Positions 48,328 through 59,177 of a stretch of DNA of 64,000 bases are shown here, one piece after another. The stretch lies in assembly GCA_963663765.2 (NCBI GenBank), contig CAXXUA010000015.1, positions 128,001 through 192,000 of the forward strand. Direction: 5' to 3'. The notes beneath the pieces were generated by a model. It ran no database searches, was not told the origin of the DNA, and was given only the letters and a program-made list of their open reading frames with translations. The first letter of the stretch is position 1, and the number at the start of each line of letters is the position of its first letter. The position numbers and the translations under genes were made by a program. This DNA is from Candidatus Poribacteria bacterium (lineage in GTDB: Bacteria > Poribacteria > WGA-4E > WGA-3G).

Positions 48328-49734
48328 ATGATACACATACCAATATTACGCGCAGGACGCACTTACAGAAGTCTAAAGACAGTTAGCGTTTCACACATCA
48401 AGACAGGTGAACCCTTTGTGGAAGTGAGTCAAGCCAACACGGGTTTGATAGCGAAAGACTTACGAGATATGTCTCTCCATAGGCAAGAACTTACAGAACA
48501 TACCGTTGCAGACTTGATTGGCATGTGCAATGCTGCTGCTCAGCTCTTCACAAATGCTGATCTACCACTTGATGGAGGGACGCAATCACCGACAGATTAT
48601 ATCAAACAGGTTTCTGGTACAACGGGTTTACCTGAAACACTTTGTCAACAGAACATGGCGAAGATACATGGTATGTTAGAGAATATAGAGACAGTTTTGG
48701 ATGGGTTGACGCGTGGTCTTGATCTGCAGGTTTTGGATAAGGGATGGGGTAACGAAAACGGACGTATGTTGAGTTATGTTTGTGAGACTGACGCACTCGG
48801 TGCTGTTTTACCGAGTAATTCCCCTGGTGTCCATTCTTTGTGGATTCCTGCTGTGCCACTAAAAGTGCCGTTGGTGTTAAAACCGGGACGTGAGGAACCG
48901 TGGACACCGTATCGGATCGGACAAGCGTTTATAGAAGCTGGTGTGCCACCGGAAGCGTTTAGTTTTTACCCGACTAATTATCCTGGTGCAAACGAAATTC
49001 TGTTCCGTTGCGGTAGATCCATGTTATTTGGTGGTGGTCAAACGGTTGCCCCGTGGTTAAATGATCATCGTATAGAAATCCACGGACCGGGACGTAGTAA
49101 AATCATCATACATGATGGACAGAATGGGAATTGTGAAAAACATATTGACCTAATTGTGGAATCCGTTTCTAAGAATGGTGGTAGGTCGTGTATCAATGCT
49201 TCAGGTGTGTGGGTAACAGCGCATGGAAGTGAGATTGCTGAAAGTATTGCTGAACGTTTAGGATGTATTGAACCGAAACCGTTGGATCATCCAGAGGCGG
49301 GTATTGCTGCATGGGCAAATCCGAAAGCTGCACATAGCATATCTTCGTTGATTGACCGACACCTGAAACAACCCGGTGCAACAGAGTTGACTACTGGAGA
49401 CCGCGTTGTTGAGTTAGATGGCTGTACTTTCCTGAGACCGACAGTGATATGGTGTGAAGATCCTGAACACCCATTAGCAAATACAGAATTTCCGTTTCCA
49501 TACTTGAGTGTGGTTGAGGTGCCAGCATCAGAGTTGGTAGAATCTATTGGAGCAACATTGGTTGCATCTGTTATTACAGAAGATAAGAAATTGGCTGAAG
49601 AATTGTTATCAACGCCACTTGTTGATAGACTTAATTTGGGGGCAATTCCGACGAATCAGATTTCATGGGATAGTCCGCATGAAGGTAATCTGTTTGAACA
49701 TTTGTATCGGGAACGGGCATTTCAAATGCATTAG
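48328..49734 (+). CDS. aldehyde dehydrogenase-fold acyl reductase, EhpG/GriD-like
   Basis: LPSNSPGVH, LKPG..EPWT, GPGRSK, GRSCINAS (catalytic Cys), EFPFP, PHEGNL. Confidence 0.8.
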   Translation: MIHIPILRAGRTYRSLKTVSVSHIKTGEPFVEVSQANTGLIAKDLRDMSLHRQELTEHTVADLIGMCNAAAQLFTNADLPLDGGTQSPTDYIKQVSGTTGLPETLCQQNMAKIHGMLENIETVLDGLTRGLDLQVLDKGWGNENGRMLSYVCETDALGAVLPSNSPGVHSLWIPAVPLKVPLVLKPGREEPWTPYRIGQAFIEAGVPPEAFSFYPTNYPGANEILFRCGRSMLFGGGQTVAPWLNDHRIEIHGPGRSKIIIHDGQNGNCEKHIDLIVESVSKNGGRSCINASGVWVTAHGSEIAESIAERLGCIEPKPLDHPEAGIAAWANPKAAHSISSLIDRHLKQPGATELTTGDRVVELDGCTFLRPTVIWCEDPEHPLANTEFPFPYLSVVEVPASELVESIGATLVASVITEDKKLAEELLSTPLVDRLNLGAIPTNQISWDSPHEGNLFEHLYRERAFQMH

Positions 49735-49799
49735 TGTAGAAGAAAAAACTCTTACATAATTCATCAATGTTTTTATTGTTGAATTTATAAAATCGTAAA

Positions 49800-50048
49800 T
49801 TGGTAGTTATTAATTTGAAAACGACGAATTATTTTAGATATATGATCCAAAGACCAGACCGAGAAAGAATCAAATTAGAATGGATCATAGATACTATCAG
49901 AACTCCATTGTATACAGAATATCAAGCTGATGGTAGAATAAGAAAATGGAAGTATATTTCCGAAGAAGAAAAGTTTCTCAGGGTAATTTTGCTTGAGGAT
50001 GGAGAAACAGTTCATAACGCTTTTTTTGATAGAAATTTTAAAGGATAA
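49800..50048 (+). CDS. putative toxin, DUF4258-like
   Basis: QADGRIRKW...LRVILLEDGETVHNAFFDR; paired with DUF2283 gene. Confidence 0.7.
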   Translation: MVVINLKTTNYFRYMIQRPDRERIKLEWIIDTIRTPLYTEYQADGRIRKWKYISEEEKFLRVILLEDGETVHNAFFDRNFKG

Positions 50049-50053
50049 TCAAA

Positions 50054-50296
50054 ATGAAAGTCAAATATTTTCATGACACTGGGACAGTCCTGATTGAATT
50101 TTCAACCCAACCAATCATTGAAACGATAGAGATCAATGAAAATATGTATTTAGATTTGGGGTCTGAAGGAAATCCTGTAGCGATTACAATTGAACATGCC
50201 AACATTCATGCGGACCTACCTGAAATGTTTTATGAGCAGATAGAAGCAACAGAATCGCAACTAATTCTACATGAAAAAACGGAGTCATCGCTATAA
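50054..50296 (+). CDS. DUF2283 family putative antitoxin
   Basis: MKVKYFHDT..LIEF...LDL..EG..VAITIEHA. Confidence 0.8.
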   Translation: MKVKYFHDTGTVLIEFSTQPIIETIEINENMYLDLGSEGNPVAITIEHANIHADLPEMFYEQIEATESQLILHEKTESSL

Positions 50297-50320
50297 TATA
50301 ACAAAGAGAGGGTAAATCAG

Positions 50321-51133
50321 ATGAAATCAAAAAGAATGTTGTTTATTTTATTTTTCATCTTGGTATTGCAGACGAATTACCTTTCTGGTCAAGTGGTTGA
50401 GAATGGATTAGTCAGTTATTGGAGTTTTGACAATGCAGATGTACAAGGTAGCACAGTTAGAGACCTTGTCGGTCGAAATGATGGAACACTTGTAGGGGAT
50501 CCGCAGCAAATCAGTGGTAAATTTGGGGATGCGTTTCAATTTGACGGAGCACCCGATGCGATTGATGTAGGCAGTTCAGATGATGGTAGTCTGGATTTTG
50601 GAGAGGATAAAGATTTCTCAATGATGGGATGGATAAAAGTTGACAATCCACCAGAAACAGATGGGGGAGAATCAACCATTATCAGTAAGGGTGATGGGGG
50701 TAACAACGCCAGATTTCTTTGGAAAATCGCAGGTACTCAAGTATTCGTGACAATTGCGAACGAAGCGGGAGCTGGACCGAAAGTCAATTTTACATCAGCA
50801 ATGGATGTGGTTGATGGGAATTGGCATCATGTTGTCGTAGTTGCGGACAGGTCAGAATGGACCCGCATCTATATTGATGGTAAGTTTGATGCGGAAGCAG
50901 GAGCAACTGAAGGTACAAATGTTACCACAGAATCCCGTATGTATATCGGTGCGTCTGTGCGTATTGGGGAAACAACAAGACGATATTTTGAAGGTTTAAT
51001 TGATGAAGTGGGGATCTATAACCGTGTGCTGACAGAGAATGATATATCACATAATTTCAATTCACAGGGACTTGCTGTCAGTCCTCAAGAGAAACTTACA
51101 ATTACATGGGGAGAAATAAAGGCTACAAGATAA
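50321..51133 (+). CDS. secreted LamG/ConA-like domain protein with C-terminal KLTITWGEIK motif
   Basis: GLVSYWSFD, GKFGDAFQFDG, WHHVVVV, IDEVGIYNRVL. Confidence 0.9.
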   Translation: MKSKRMLFILFFILVLQTNYLSGQVVENGLVSYWSFDNADVQGSTVRDLVGRNDGTLVGDPQQISGKFGDAFQFDGAPDAIDVGSSDDGSLDFGEDKDFSMMGWIKVDNPPETDGGESTIISKGDGGNNARFLWKIAGTQVFVTIANEAGAGPKVNFTSAMDVVDGNWHHVVVVADRSEWTRIYIDGKFDAEAGATEGTNVTTESRMYIGASVRIGETTRRYFEGLIDEVGIYNRVLTENDISHNFNSQGLAVSPQEKLTITWGEIKATR

Positions 51134-51150
51134 TAGTCACATCACCCACA

Positions 51151-51990
51151 ATGAAGAAAGACATCAAATACCTACACATCAAAAAACAGCAAAAGCATCG
51201 GATTAGTGTGCTTACCTGCTACGATTATCCCACCGCTTGCATGCAGGACAAAGCAGGTATAGACATCGTTTTTGTTGGAGATAGTGTTGGGACGAATATT
51301 CTCGGTTATAAGAGCGAGATGGAGGTGACGATGTCTGATATGGTTCATCACCTCAAAGCAGTCCGTCGTGGTGTGACAGATGCGTATCTTCTTGTTGACA
51401 TGCCCTACGGTTCTGATAGGCATGAAAAACAAGCTGTTATGAATGCAAATCTTTTCTTAGATAATGGGGCTGATGGCGTTAAGTTGGAAGGTGGAACGGA
51501 GAAAGCACCAATTGTTACTGAACTTACCGATAAGGGAATAGAAGTGTGTGCGCACATCGGCCATAACCCGCAAATCCACGGAACTAAAGCGCTAACACAC
51601 GGAAAGACGATTAGCAAAGCAAAGGAACTCATTCAAACGGCATCGGTACTTGCAGATGCAGGTGCGAAATTGATCGTGCTTGAGAAAATCACTGAAGAGG
51701 TGAGTCAAATTATCACTGGGACGGTTGATATTCCTACTATTGGCATCGGTGCAGGCAGGTACTGTGATGGTCAGGTGCTCGTTATCAACGATGTATTAGG
51801 CATCGGTCCACCATTCAAACACGCCAAACGTTATCAGGATTACAACCAACTCACCTTTGAGGCGATATGTCAATATAGACAAGAGGTAGAAAACGGAGAT
51901 TTTCCAAGAGATGAAAATGTTTCTCACATCGCTGCCGATAAGTTGATGCGGGTTCAGAAGTGGTTGGAATCAGAACGTTGTAATTTTTAA
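51151..51990 (+). CDS. panB: 3-methyl-2-oxobutanoate hydroxymethyltransferase
   Basis: LTCYD, VGDS, DMPYGS, VKLEGG, AHIG, IGIGAG..CDGQVLV. Confidence 0.95.
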   Translation: MKKDIKYLHIKKQQKHRISVLTCYDYPTACMQDKAGIDIVFVGDSVGTNILGYKSEMEVTMSDMVHHLKAVRRGVTDAYLLVDMPYGSDRHEKQAVMNANLFLDNGADGVKLEGGTEKAPIVTELTDKGIEVCAHIGHNPQIHGTKALTHGKTISKAKELIQTASVLADAGAKLIVLEKITEEVSQIITGTVDIPTIGIGAGRYCDGQVLVINDVLGIGPPFKHAKRYQDYNQLTFEAICQYRQEVENGDFPRDENVSHIAADKLMRVQKWLESERCNF

Positions 51991-52285
51991 ATAATCTTGA
52001 CATTCCGTAATGACATTGTTTATAACCTACACTCCGCACTTGTTTTAATACATTTTTATAATATTGGGATAAACCCGTATCACACAAGGATTCGCACAAA
52101 ATAATGGTGATTTTGAGTTCTATATTTTGAGACAAAACCGAACTTGTTATTTTATCATTTTAAATTGAAATTGTTTGCTAAATATAGTCTCCACGCGGGT
52201 TTATCAAATTATTATCGAAAAACGCAAATCAGAAGTGCGGAGTGTCGGTTATAATACAGTAAAATCTAAAGATATGAGGTGTAAT

Positions 52286-52603
52286 ATGGAATTCAAGGAA
52301 GGGTATCCATTGACGCATGTTGTTCATAATGAGACGTTTGATGAGACATTCACAGCATATATAAAAAAGAACGGTGTCGCGTGGCTTGGATGGATTCCAG
52401 ATTTACCAGTGGTAAAATGTGAGGGCGAGACGGTAGAGATCGTCCGAAAAGAACTACACGATACTCTTCACCAAACTTTAGTCGCTATAGAAGAAGCATG
52501 GGATGAGCAATTTGAAGCAGACGTGAAGGCTGGTCGTCTTGAACCACTTATAGAAAAAGCTAAACGACGTTGTGAGGAAGGCAATTATACAAAGGTTGTT
52601 TGA
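52286..52603 (+). CDS. HicB-like antitoxin fused to WDxQxExD..AGRL motif
   Basis: W.GWIPDLP...EGET (HicB-like) and AWDEQFEADVKAGRLE; GAGGT RBS. Confidence 0.55.
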   Translation: MEFKEGYPLTHVVHNETFDETFTAYIKKNGVAWLGWIPDLPVVKCEGETVEIVRKELHDTLHQTLVAIEEAWDEQFEADVKAGRLEPLIEKAKRRCEEGNYTKVV

Positions 52604-52723
52604 ACTCAATGAACCAATTCCAGCATATCAGGAGCCAGGAATTTGTTGTACTAGAAAACAAATTACCTGAAACACGAATATAAAATAGGAGTCAGAACTT
52701 TACGGTTTTCTATTTCTTTTCTC

Positions 52724-55633
52724 CTACCGTTCCAATCCCTTAAGGACTTCATCCCAATCCCAGACAAGAATTGTGCCATCTGCACCGCTCGTAGCAAGCG
52801 TTGTTCCATCCTCAGAAAATACAAACTCTGATATCCAATTTGAGTGTCCTGCAAGAGAAGAAATTATCTTACCGGTAGTTGAATTTCGCAATTGAATGAT
52901 TCCATCCCTATTCACACTAAGAAGAATTGAACCATTTGGAGGAAATGTAATTGCTGATAGAGGCTTAGATTGGGATACATCTTCCAATTGCGCTGTACGG
53001 TCGTATTGGATTGTTTCAGGATTCCATGTATAAATGTGTGAACCACCGACAAAGGCGTTTCTGTCTGGTGCAAATGCTACTGAGCCTTGGCCTGGATAAG
53101 ATGCAAGTAACTCACCGGTCATGGTTTCCCACACTCTTATTGTTACGTCCTTATATGTCCAACCTGAGGTAACGACAGTTTTATTATCAGGAGAAAATGC
53201 CAAACTGTAGACGTAAGTCGTATGGCCCTTAAGTCTACAACGAGTTTTACGGTTAGGTACATCCCATATTTGTATAGTATTGTCTTTACGTGCAGTTACT
53301 GCAAGGAGTTGACCGTCAGGAGAAAATTTCACTTTATTTCCAAAACCAGCATATTCTTTCTCACCTATTGTAGATAAAACAGCTTTTGTCTGAGTATCCC
53401 ATAAGCGCACTACATTATCAGTGGTTACAAACAGACTCCCGTCTGGTGATATGGCAACTTCATAGCCGAAATGATCGCTTCTTTCAACTCTATCAAAAGA
53501 AAGTCTGTTTCCAGTATCAATATCCCAAACCGAAACGAATAAATGGGATTTACTTGCACCTAAACTGGTAAGTGTACTGTTAGAAGCGTCATGAACATTG
53601 GATTGGTTGATAGCGTTGAATGCCAATGCGGTTTGCGATTCAGTGTGTCGTGTAAATGCATATTGTTGCTTTCCTGAATCGGAATCCCATAAACGGATAG
53701 TCCCATCAGAATTCACACTGACCACTTTTTTCCCATCTGGTGAAAAGTCTATTGCGGTGAATTTTGAGTTATCAGCATGTCCTTTTAACAATTTGTGAGG
53801 TCTAGGTTTACCTGTGTTATTAAGGGATCGGTCAGAGATGGATTGTTTTCCGTGTTTATCAACCTTCCAGAATCTCACTATTCCATCAGTACTCCCACTG
53901 GCAAGAAGAGAACCATCAGGTGAGAATACTATAGCTTGGAACGGATCCACAGCTTTAAATGTATACTGAAGCGAACTATTTTCAACATCCCACATTTTTA
54001 CTACATTGGAACTATCAGCATAGACAAGTGTTCTGCTATCTGGAGAAAAAGCCAATGTCTCTATATCATGCTCTGATTCTTCTAATGGGAATACACACTG
54101 TCCAGTGGTTCTGTCCCACACCTGGATTATGGGTATCTTATATTTATTACCAAAATACCTATTATCATTTGCAGCTGCAAGAAACCTTTCATCTGGTGAG
54201 ATTGCAATCTGCATTCTCATATTCATCATGCTCAGTCTTGTTTTAATTGACTTATTTGGATCATCATCAAGAATCCACAAGTCCGTTCTCACATACCAGG
54301 GTAGATTCATCTTCCATCCAGAATATGAGAGTTTTATGTTTTCTGCTCTAAATTGTAGGAAATATTTATTACGACGTAGATCCGGTAGAATAGTTTTCAA
54401 AATGTCTTCTTCTAAATCCCATAAGTCCTTATCCTCATCTAAGTCTTTACATAAAATGGTGCTGCGGTCAATAGGACTCACAAGCATATTGATGTATGAT
54501 CTGTCAATACTTTGATTTTCAAGTTCACTATCAGGAAATAGTGCAATTTCTTCACCCGTATTTGCATCGTAAATCCAAATACCTATGGTTGTTTCAACGG
54601 CTAAATGTGTGCTGTCTGGCGTGAATTTTATTCCACGAACACGTCCCTTTCCTAATCGCGCTTTCGCTGCTTTCGGTAGTTCCCATTTTGTGTAATCTTC
54701 CGATGTTTCGTCTGCTTGTGCTTCCGCAATTGCAGTTGAGGTATCATTAGGTTGTTCAAGGTTAATACGGTTTCCTAGTGCGTTTTCAACCTGTGTTCGC
54801 ACATCAGGATTAGATTCCAAGTTTACAACTATAGGTGCATCAACGATCTCAACCGTCACATCTGAAGCAGCATCTAAACTGTACGGTTTCTGAAACATTT
54901 GCAAGAATTTACTATTTCCGAAACCAAGCACCAGCAACACTACTACTAACGTGGAAGCTGCTACTGCCGACAGCACTAAACGTTTACTGCTTGACGGTGT
55001 TGTGGGTTTGGTACGCGAAATGTTTTGCATCATGGTTTCTCTCAGATTTGGATTGATTTTGAAATTGTCTAAAACCTCTCTTATCATTGTTTCCTCCATC
55101 TGTAAACGCTGCTGTGCGCGGCGGAGCCGACTCTTCACTGTATTTGCTGATACGCCTAAAAATGCCCCTATCGCTGTACACGACATCTCTCCGAAGTAAT
55201 GCAACGGTTACAAAGGTGCGTTCACTTTCCGCCAGTTTCGCAAGCAGTTTATTGACTACATCGCGTTGAATTTCTGGGGTGATCCGTTCGTTTTCTGCTA
55301 TTACATGTTCAGAATATGTTGTTCTTTCAGTTTGCACCTCATCCATATCTTGTGCTAATTTTATCCGTCAATACCGTTTACGTAACCACGTGTTACAAAG
55401 ACTCGTAGCAATCACATATAACCAACTTGAAAAACGTATTGGTTGCTTTAACATCCAAGTTTCTGATATGCTTTCAAAATGTATACTGTGTAATCTCTGC
55501 GGCGATGTGATAATCTCCGATTTTTCGCCACACAAGCGCGTGAACCTGCTTCTGATATTTTTCTGCAAGTTCCGGAAAGCCTTATCATCACCTTCAAGCA
55601 TCCGATGAATTAATTGTGTATCGTTGTTTTCAT
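52724..55633 (-). pseudogene. frameshifted ECF sigma-TM-WD40 fusion
   Basis: Sigma region split over several frames (55368-55652, 54984-55346, 52724-55204) and collinear with 56185-59100; TM and WD40 part open. Confidence 0.85.
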
Positions 55634-55658
55634 GGTTTACCTCAGATTTCACACTTTA

Positions 55659-55688
55659 GTGACACTGCGAAATGGTGAATCGAGTGCA
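55659..55688 (-). promoter_or_regulatory. putative ECF-type promoter TGCACT-N18-TGTCAC
   Basis: Same motif and spacing upstream of the intact paralog. Confidence 0.55.
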
Positions 55689-55816
55689 TATTTCTAAAAA
55701 AATAGAAGTGTGTTTTTAGAAAAGAGCGTTAGAGAGTCATTCGTAAATATGAAATCTAAAGGGAATTATAGGGGACTATATCAAAGTATTGTCAGTTAGT
55801 TGATAATAATTCTCTT

Positions 55817-55938
55817 CAGGACTTACGCACCCAACGGTAGGCGTGCTTTGTAAGCGCGCTGGAAGCACAAATAATGTTGAAAATCACATCATTTTCATCA
55901 CAATTCTTGATTGGATCATGAAAACTGCGTAAGTCCTG
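55817..55938. mobile_element. MITE family A, 5-bp TSD CTCTT
   Basis: TIRs intact; CTCTT at 55812-55816 and 55939-55943; paralogous empty site near 59300. Confidence 0.92.
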
Positions 55939-56184
55939 CTCTTGTTAGTAGAATTAATTATACCACAAATCTGGTTTCTTGCGCGAATTTCCATTAGAAT
56001 TAGATTTTCATGGAAGTTTTTTTCTCAAGATTTACGTATAGTTTGGCTAAACGATATTCTTTTGAAATGTATAGCATGGAAGGTGTATTTGCAGTGCAAG
56101 CTTATTTCTTACACTGCAAGTTTTTATGTGAGTTAACAATATTCAACTGCTTTAACGGTGGTACTTCTAACTACCTAAACACTT

Positions 56185-59100
56185 TTATTCTCCCTCCTTT
56201 AAATCTGCAAGGATTTCATCCCAATCCCAGACAAGAATTGTGCCATCATACCCCGTACTCACAAGTGTTTTTCCATCAGGTGAAAATAGTAACTTTACAA
56301 TTGTTCTTGTGTGTCCATCAAGCGTAGTGAGTTTGTCTCCTGTGGTAATATCCAATAACTGAATTCCACCACTCGCAAGTCCTACAACAAGCATGGTTTC
56401 ATCTGGTGAAAACACCAATTCATTGCCATATACTTTGGACACTTCCTTAAAGTGCGTTTTTTTCTGGCTGCCGAACAGACGAATCTTTTCAAAGTTTCCC
56501 GCAGCGATCAGAGACTCATCTGCAGAGAATGCCAAGGCGAAGATTTGCTTCTGAAACATAGTTTGAATCATAGAATCAATATCATTTTCCATTGGTTCCT
56601 CTATTTCATCTCCTATTAAGAAGTTGGTTAACTCCTCTCCAGTTTCCGCATTCCATATTTGAACTTTACCTTGTGAGTCTCCACTGACAAGTTTTTTACC
56701 ATCCCGTGAGAATATTATAGTGCTAATCTGAAACATCATAGACAGGGAGATTTCTGTAAAAGGCATAATTAGAATTTTGTCCGTATCTGTATTCCACAAG
56801 CGGATTCCATCTGAACCACCAAGAGCCACCGTTTTCCCATCGGGTGAAACTGCCATTGCTGAAACATTCCTATCCTTTGGTTCCGTCAAAAGGTCTAATT
56901 CATGACCAGTTCGGACATCAATTAAGTGAATCAGTTGCTGATGAGCTATTGCGAGTTTTGTCCCATCAGGCGAAAAGGCTAAGCTTGATAACCAATCGCA
57001 ATGCCATTTAGTCTGTAGGTTAGATTTCCGTTGTGTCTTAAGATCCCAAAAGGTAAGTATGCCGTTATATGCTATACTTGCAAGCGTATTACTATCTTTT
57101 AAAATTGCCATTCCTCTTTGTGTATATGCATGATCGGAAATTTGTATTGGTAATGGATTATTTGTTTCTGTATTCCAAAACAGAACTGTCCCATCTGCAC
57201 TTGCACTTGCAAGCGTTGTACCGTCTGGTGAAAAAGTTAGCGCAGTTATGCCGTCGATATTTTCAGTAAGTGTCGTGAGTAGTTTGCCAGTCTCTGTATC
57301 CCACAACTGCACTGTACTCTCTGAATCCCCACTTGCTAACAATTTTCCGTTCGGAGAAAATGCAAAATGTCGAACGGAGACATTTGTTCTACCTGTGTGT
57401 TTTCTGAGGATTATCGGTTCATTATTTCCAGTAGTATCCCACAATAGAACTGTTGCATTTTCGCTCCCAACAGCAAGTTGAGATCCATCAGAGGAGAATG
57501 CTATTCCTAAGATATGGTCGTTTTTTCCCATTTCAAAAGATATTTCTTCCTGAACGTCCCCTTGTTCAAATTGGTCCGATTGTCCTCTGGGGATTGGTAG
57601 TTTTTTGCCTGAAATTGGGTCCCATAATTGAATCTTGCCGGACACTCCACCAACCGCTAATTTATCATGTGTAATTGCATAGGATTCACTATAAGCTTCA
57701 TCCTTTGGACGTTCTCTGAAAGTTTTTAGGTTCATTTTTCCTGTTTCAATATTTAAGTTGGCAATTGTATCTCCCCAATCCCCCAAACTGATAATCGTCT
57801 TTCCATCTTCAGAAAACAACAATGCTGAGGCAGGAGGAGGACTCTTGGCAAGTGTAACTTGTTTACCTGTAGAAACTTCCCACAATTGGACTTCCTCTCC
57901 ATGATTTCTACCACTCCCACCACCACCATTAGCAAGAAAACGTCCATCAGGTGAAAAAGCAAAGGATTGACACGCACCAGGGAGCATAGATAATTCCTTG
58001 CCTGTTTTTGCATCGTAAAGCCACACACCGATACTACTACCTACTGCGAGTAACGTGCCGTCGGGTGAAAACTGCATTGTATTAATTCCACCTTTTCCCA
58101 AACGCGCTTTCGCTGCTTTCGGCAACTCCCATTTTGTGTAATGTTCCACTATTTCGTCTGCTTGTGCATCTGCAACTGCTGCAGAAACGTCATTAGGTTG
58201 CTGTTTAGGGTTATTGATTTTACTCTGAGCGTTAGCACTTTCTATTTGTGCTCGCGCATCGGGCTTGGATTCTAAGTTTGCAACTATAGGTGCGTCAACG
58301 ATCTCAACCGTCATTTCTGTGGTAGCATCGAGACTATAAGGTTGCTGAAAAAGTGTCAAGTATTTACTATTTCCAAAACCGAGCATGAGCAACACTACTA
58401 CTAACGTGGAAGCTGCAACTACCCACGGTACTAAAGGTTTACTGCCGGACGGTGTTGCGGGTTTGGTCTGCGAAATATTTTGCATGATGTTATCTGTCAG
58501 ATTTGGATTGATTTTGAAGTTGTCTAAAGCCTCTCTTATCATTGTTTCCTCCTTTTGTAAACGCTGCTGTGCGCGGCGGAGCCGACTCTTCACCGTATTT
58601 GCTGATACGCCTAAAAATGCCCCTATCTCTGTACACGACATTTCTCCGAAGTAATGCAACGTTACAACAGTGCGTTCACTTTCCGCAAGTTTCGCAAGCA
58701 GTTTATTGACTACATGGCGTTGAGTTTGTCCAGATATGCGCTCGTTTTCTTCAACGACATAATCGGAGTACGCCGCCTTATCTAATTGTTCCTTGTCTGC
58801 TGACTTAAGATGCTCCAATGACTGTGTTGATAAACGCTTCTTACGCAGCCATGAACTGCAGCTGTTTGCTGCAATCACATAGAGCCAACCTACGAAACGT
58901 TGCGGTTCCTTCAGGGTTGCTAATCGCTTGTATGCTTGCAGGAATGTATCCTGCGTAATCTCTTCGGCTATATGAAAATCTCCGACTTTCCGCCACGCAA
59001 GCGCGTGAACTTGCTTTTGATATTTTCTTACAAGCACGGAAAAAGCGTCGTCATCGCCTGTGAGGACACGTTGAATAAGCTTAACATCGTCGTTTTTCAT
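56185..59100 (-). CDS. ECF sigma-70 factor fused to a transmembrane helix and WD40 repeats
   Basis: AEEITQDTFLQAY, F.GWLYVIA (region 2); LHYF..MS..EIG..LGVS.NTVKSRLRRA (region 4); hydrophobic LVPWVVAASTLVVVLLMLGF; many FSPDG..LAS WD40 repeats. Confidence 0.92.
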   Translation of the reverse strand: MKNDDVKLIQRVLTGDDDAFSVLVRKYQKQVHALAWRKVGDFHIAEEITQDTFLQAYKRLATLKEPQRFVGWLYVIAANSCSSWLRKKRLSTQSLEHLKSADKEQLDKAAYSDYVVEENERISGQTQRHVVNKLLAKLAESERTVVTLHYFGEMSCTEIGAFLGVSANTVKSRLRRAQQRLQKEETMIREALDNFKINPNLTDNIMQNISQTKPATPSGSKPLVPWVVAASTLVVVLLMLGFGNSKYLTLFQQPYSLDATTEMTVEIVDAPIVANLESKPDARAQIESANAQSKINNPKQQPNDVSAAVADAQADEIVEHYTKWELPKAAKARLGKGGINTMQFSPDGTLLAVGSSIGVWLYDAKTGKELSMLPGACQSFAFSPDGRFLANGGGGSGRNHGEEVQLWEVSTGKQVTLAKSPPPASALLFSEDGKTIISLGDWGDTIANLNIETGKMNLKTFRERPKDEAYSESYAITHDKLAVGGVSGKIQLWDPISGKKLPIPRGQSDQFEQGDVQEEISFEMGKNDHILGIAFSSDGSQLAVGSENATVLLWDTTGNNEPIILRKHTGRTNVSVRHFAFSPNGKLLASGDSESTVQLWDTETGKLLTTLTENIDGITALTFSPDGTTLASASADGTVLFWNTETNNPLPIQISDHAYTQRGMAILKDSNTLASIAYNGILTFWDLKTQRKSNLQTKWHCDWLSSLAFSPDGTKLAIAHQQLIHLIDVRTGHELDLLTEPKDRNVSAMAVSPDGKTVALGGSDGIRLWNTDTDKILIMPFTEISLSMMFQISTIIFSRDGKKLVSGDSQGKVQIWNAETGEELTNFLIGDEIEEPMENDIDSMIQTMFQKQIFALAFSADESLIAAGNFEKIRLFGSQKKTHFKEVSKVYGNELVFSPDETMLVVGLASGGIQLLDITTGDKLTTLDGHTRTIVKLLFSPDGKTLVSTGYDGTILVWDWDEILADLKEGE

Positions 59101-59147
59101 TTAGACACCTTGGAAGAAATGGTTACATCACTCAGGATTTATAAATT

Positions 59148-59177
59148 GTGACGCTACTTAGGTGTGCAACGGGTGCA
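59148..59177 (-). promoter_or_regulatory. putative ECF-type promoter TGCACC-N18-CGTCAC
   Basis: Boxes conserved while the spacer diverges relative to 55659-55688. Confidence 0.55.
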
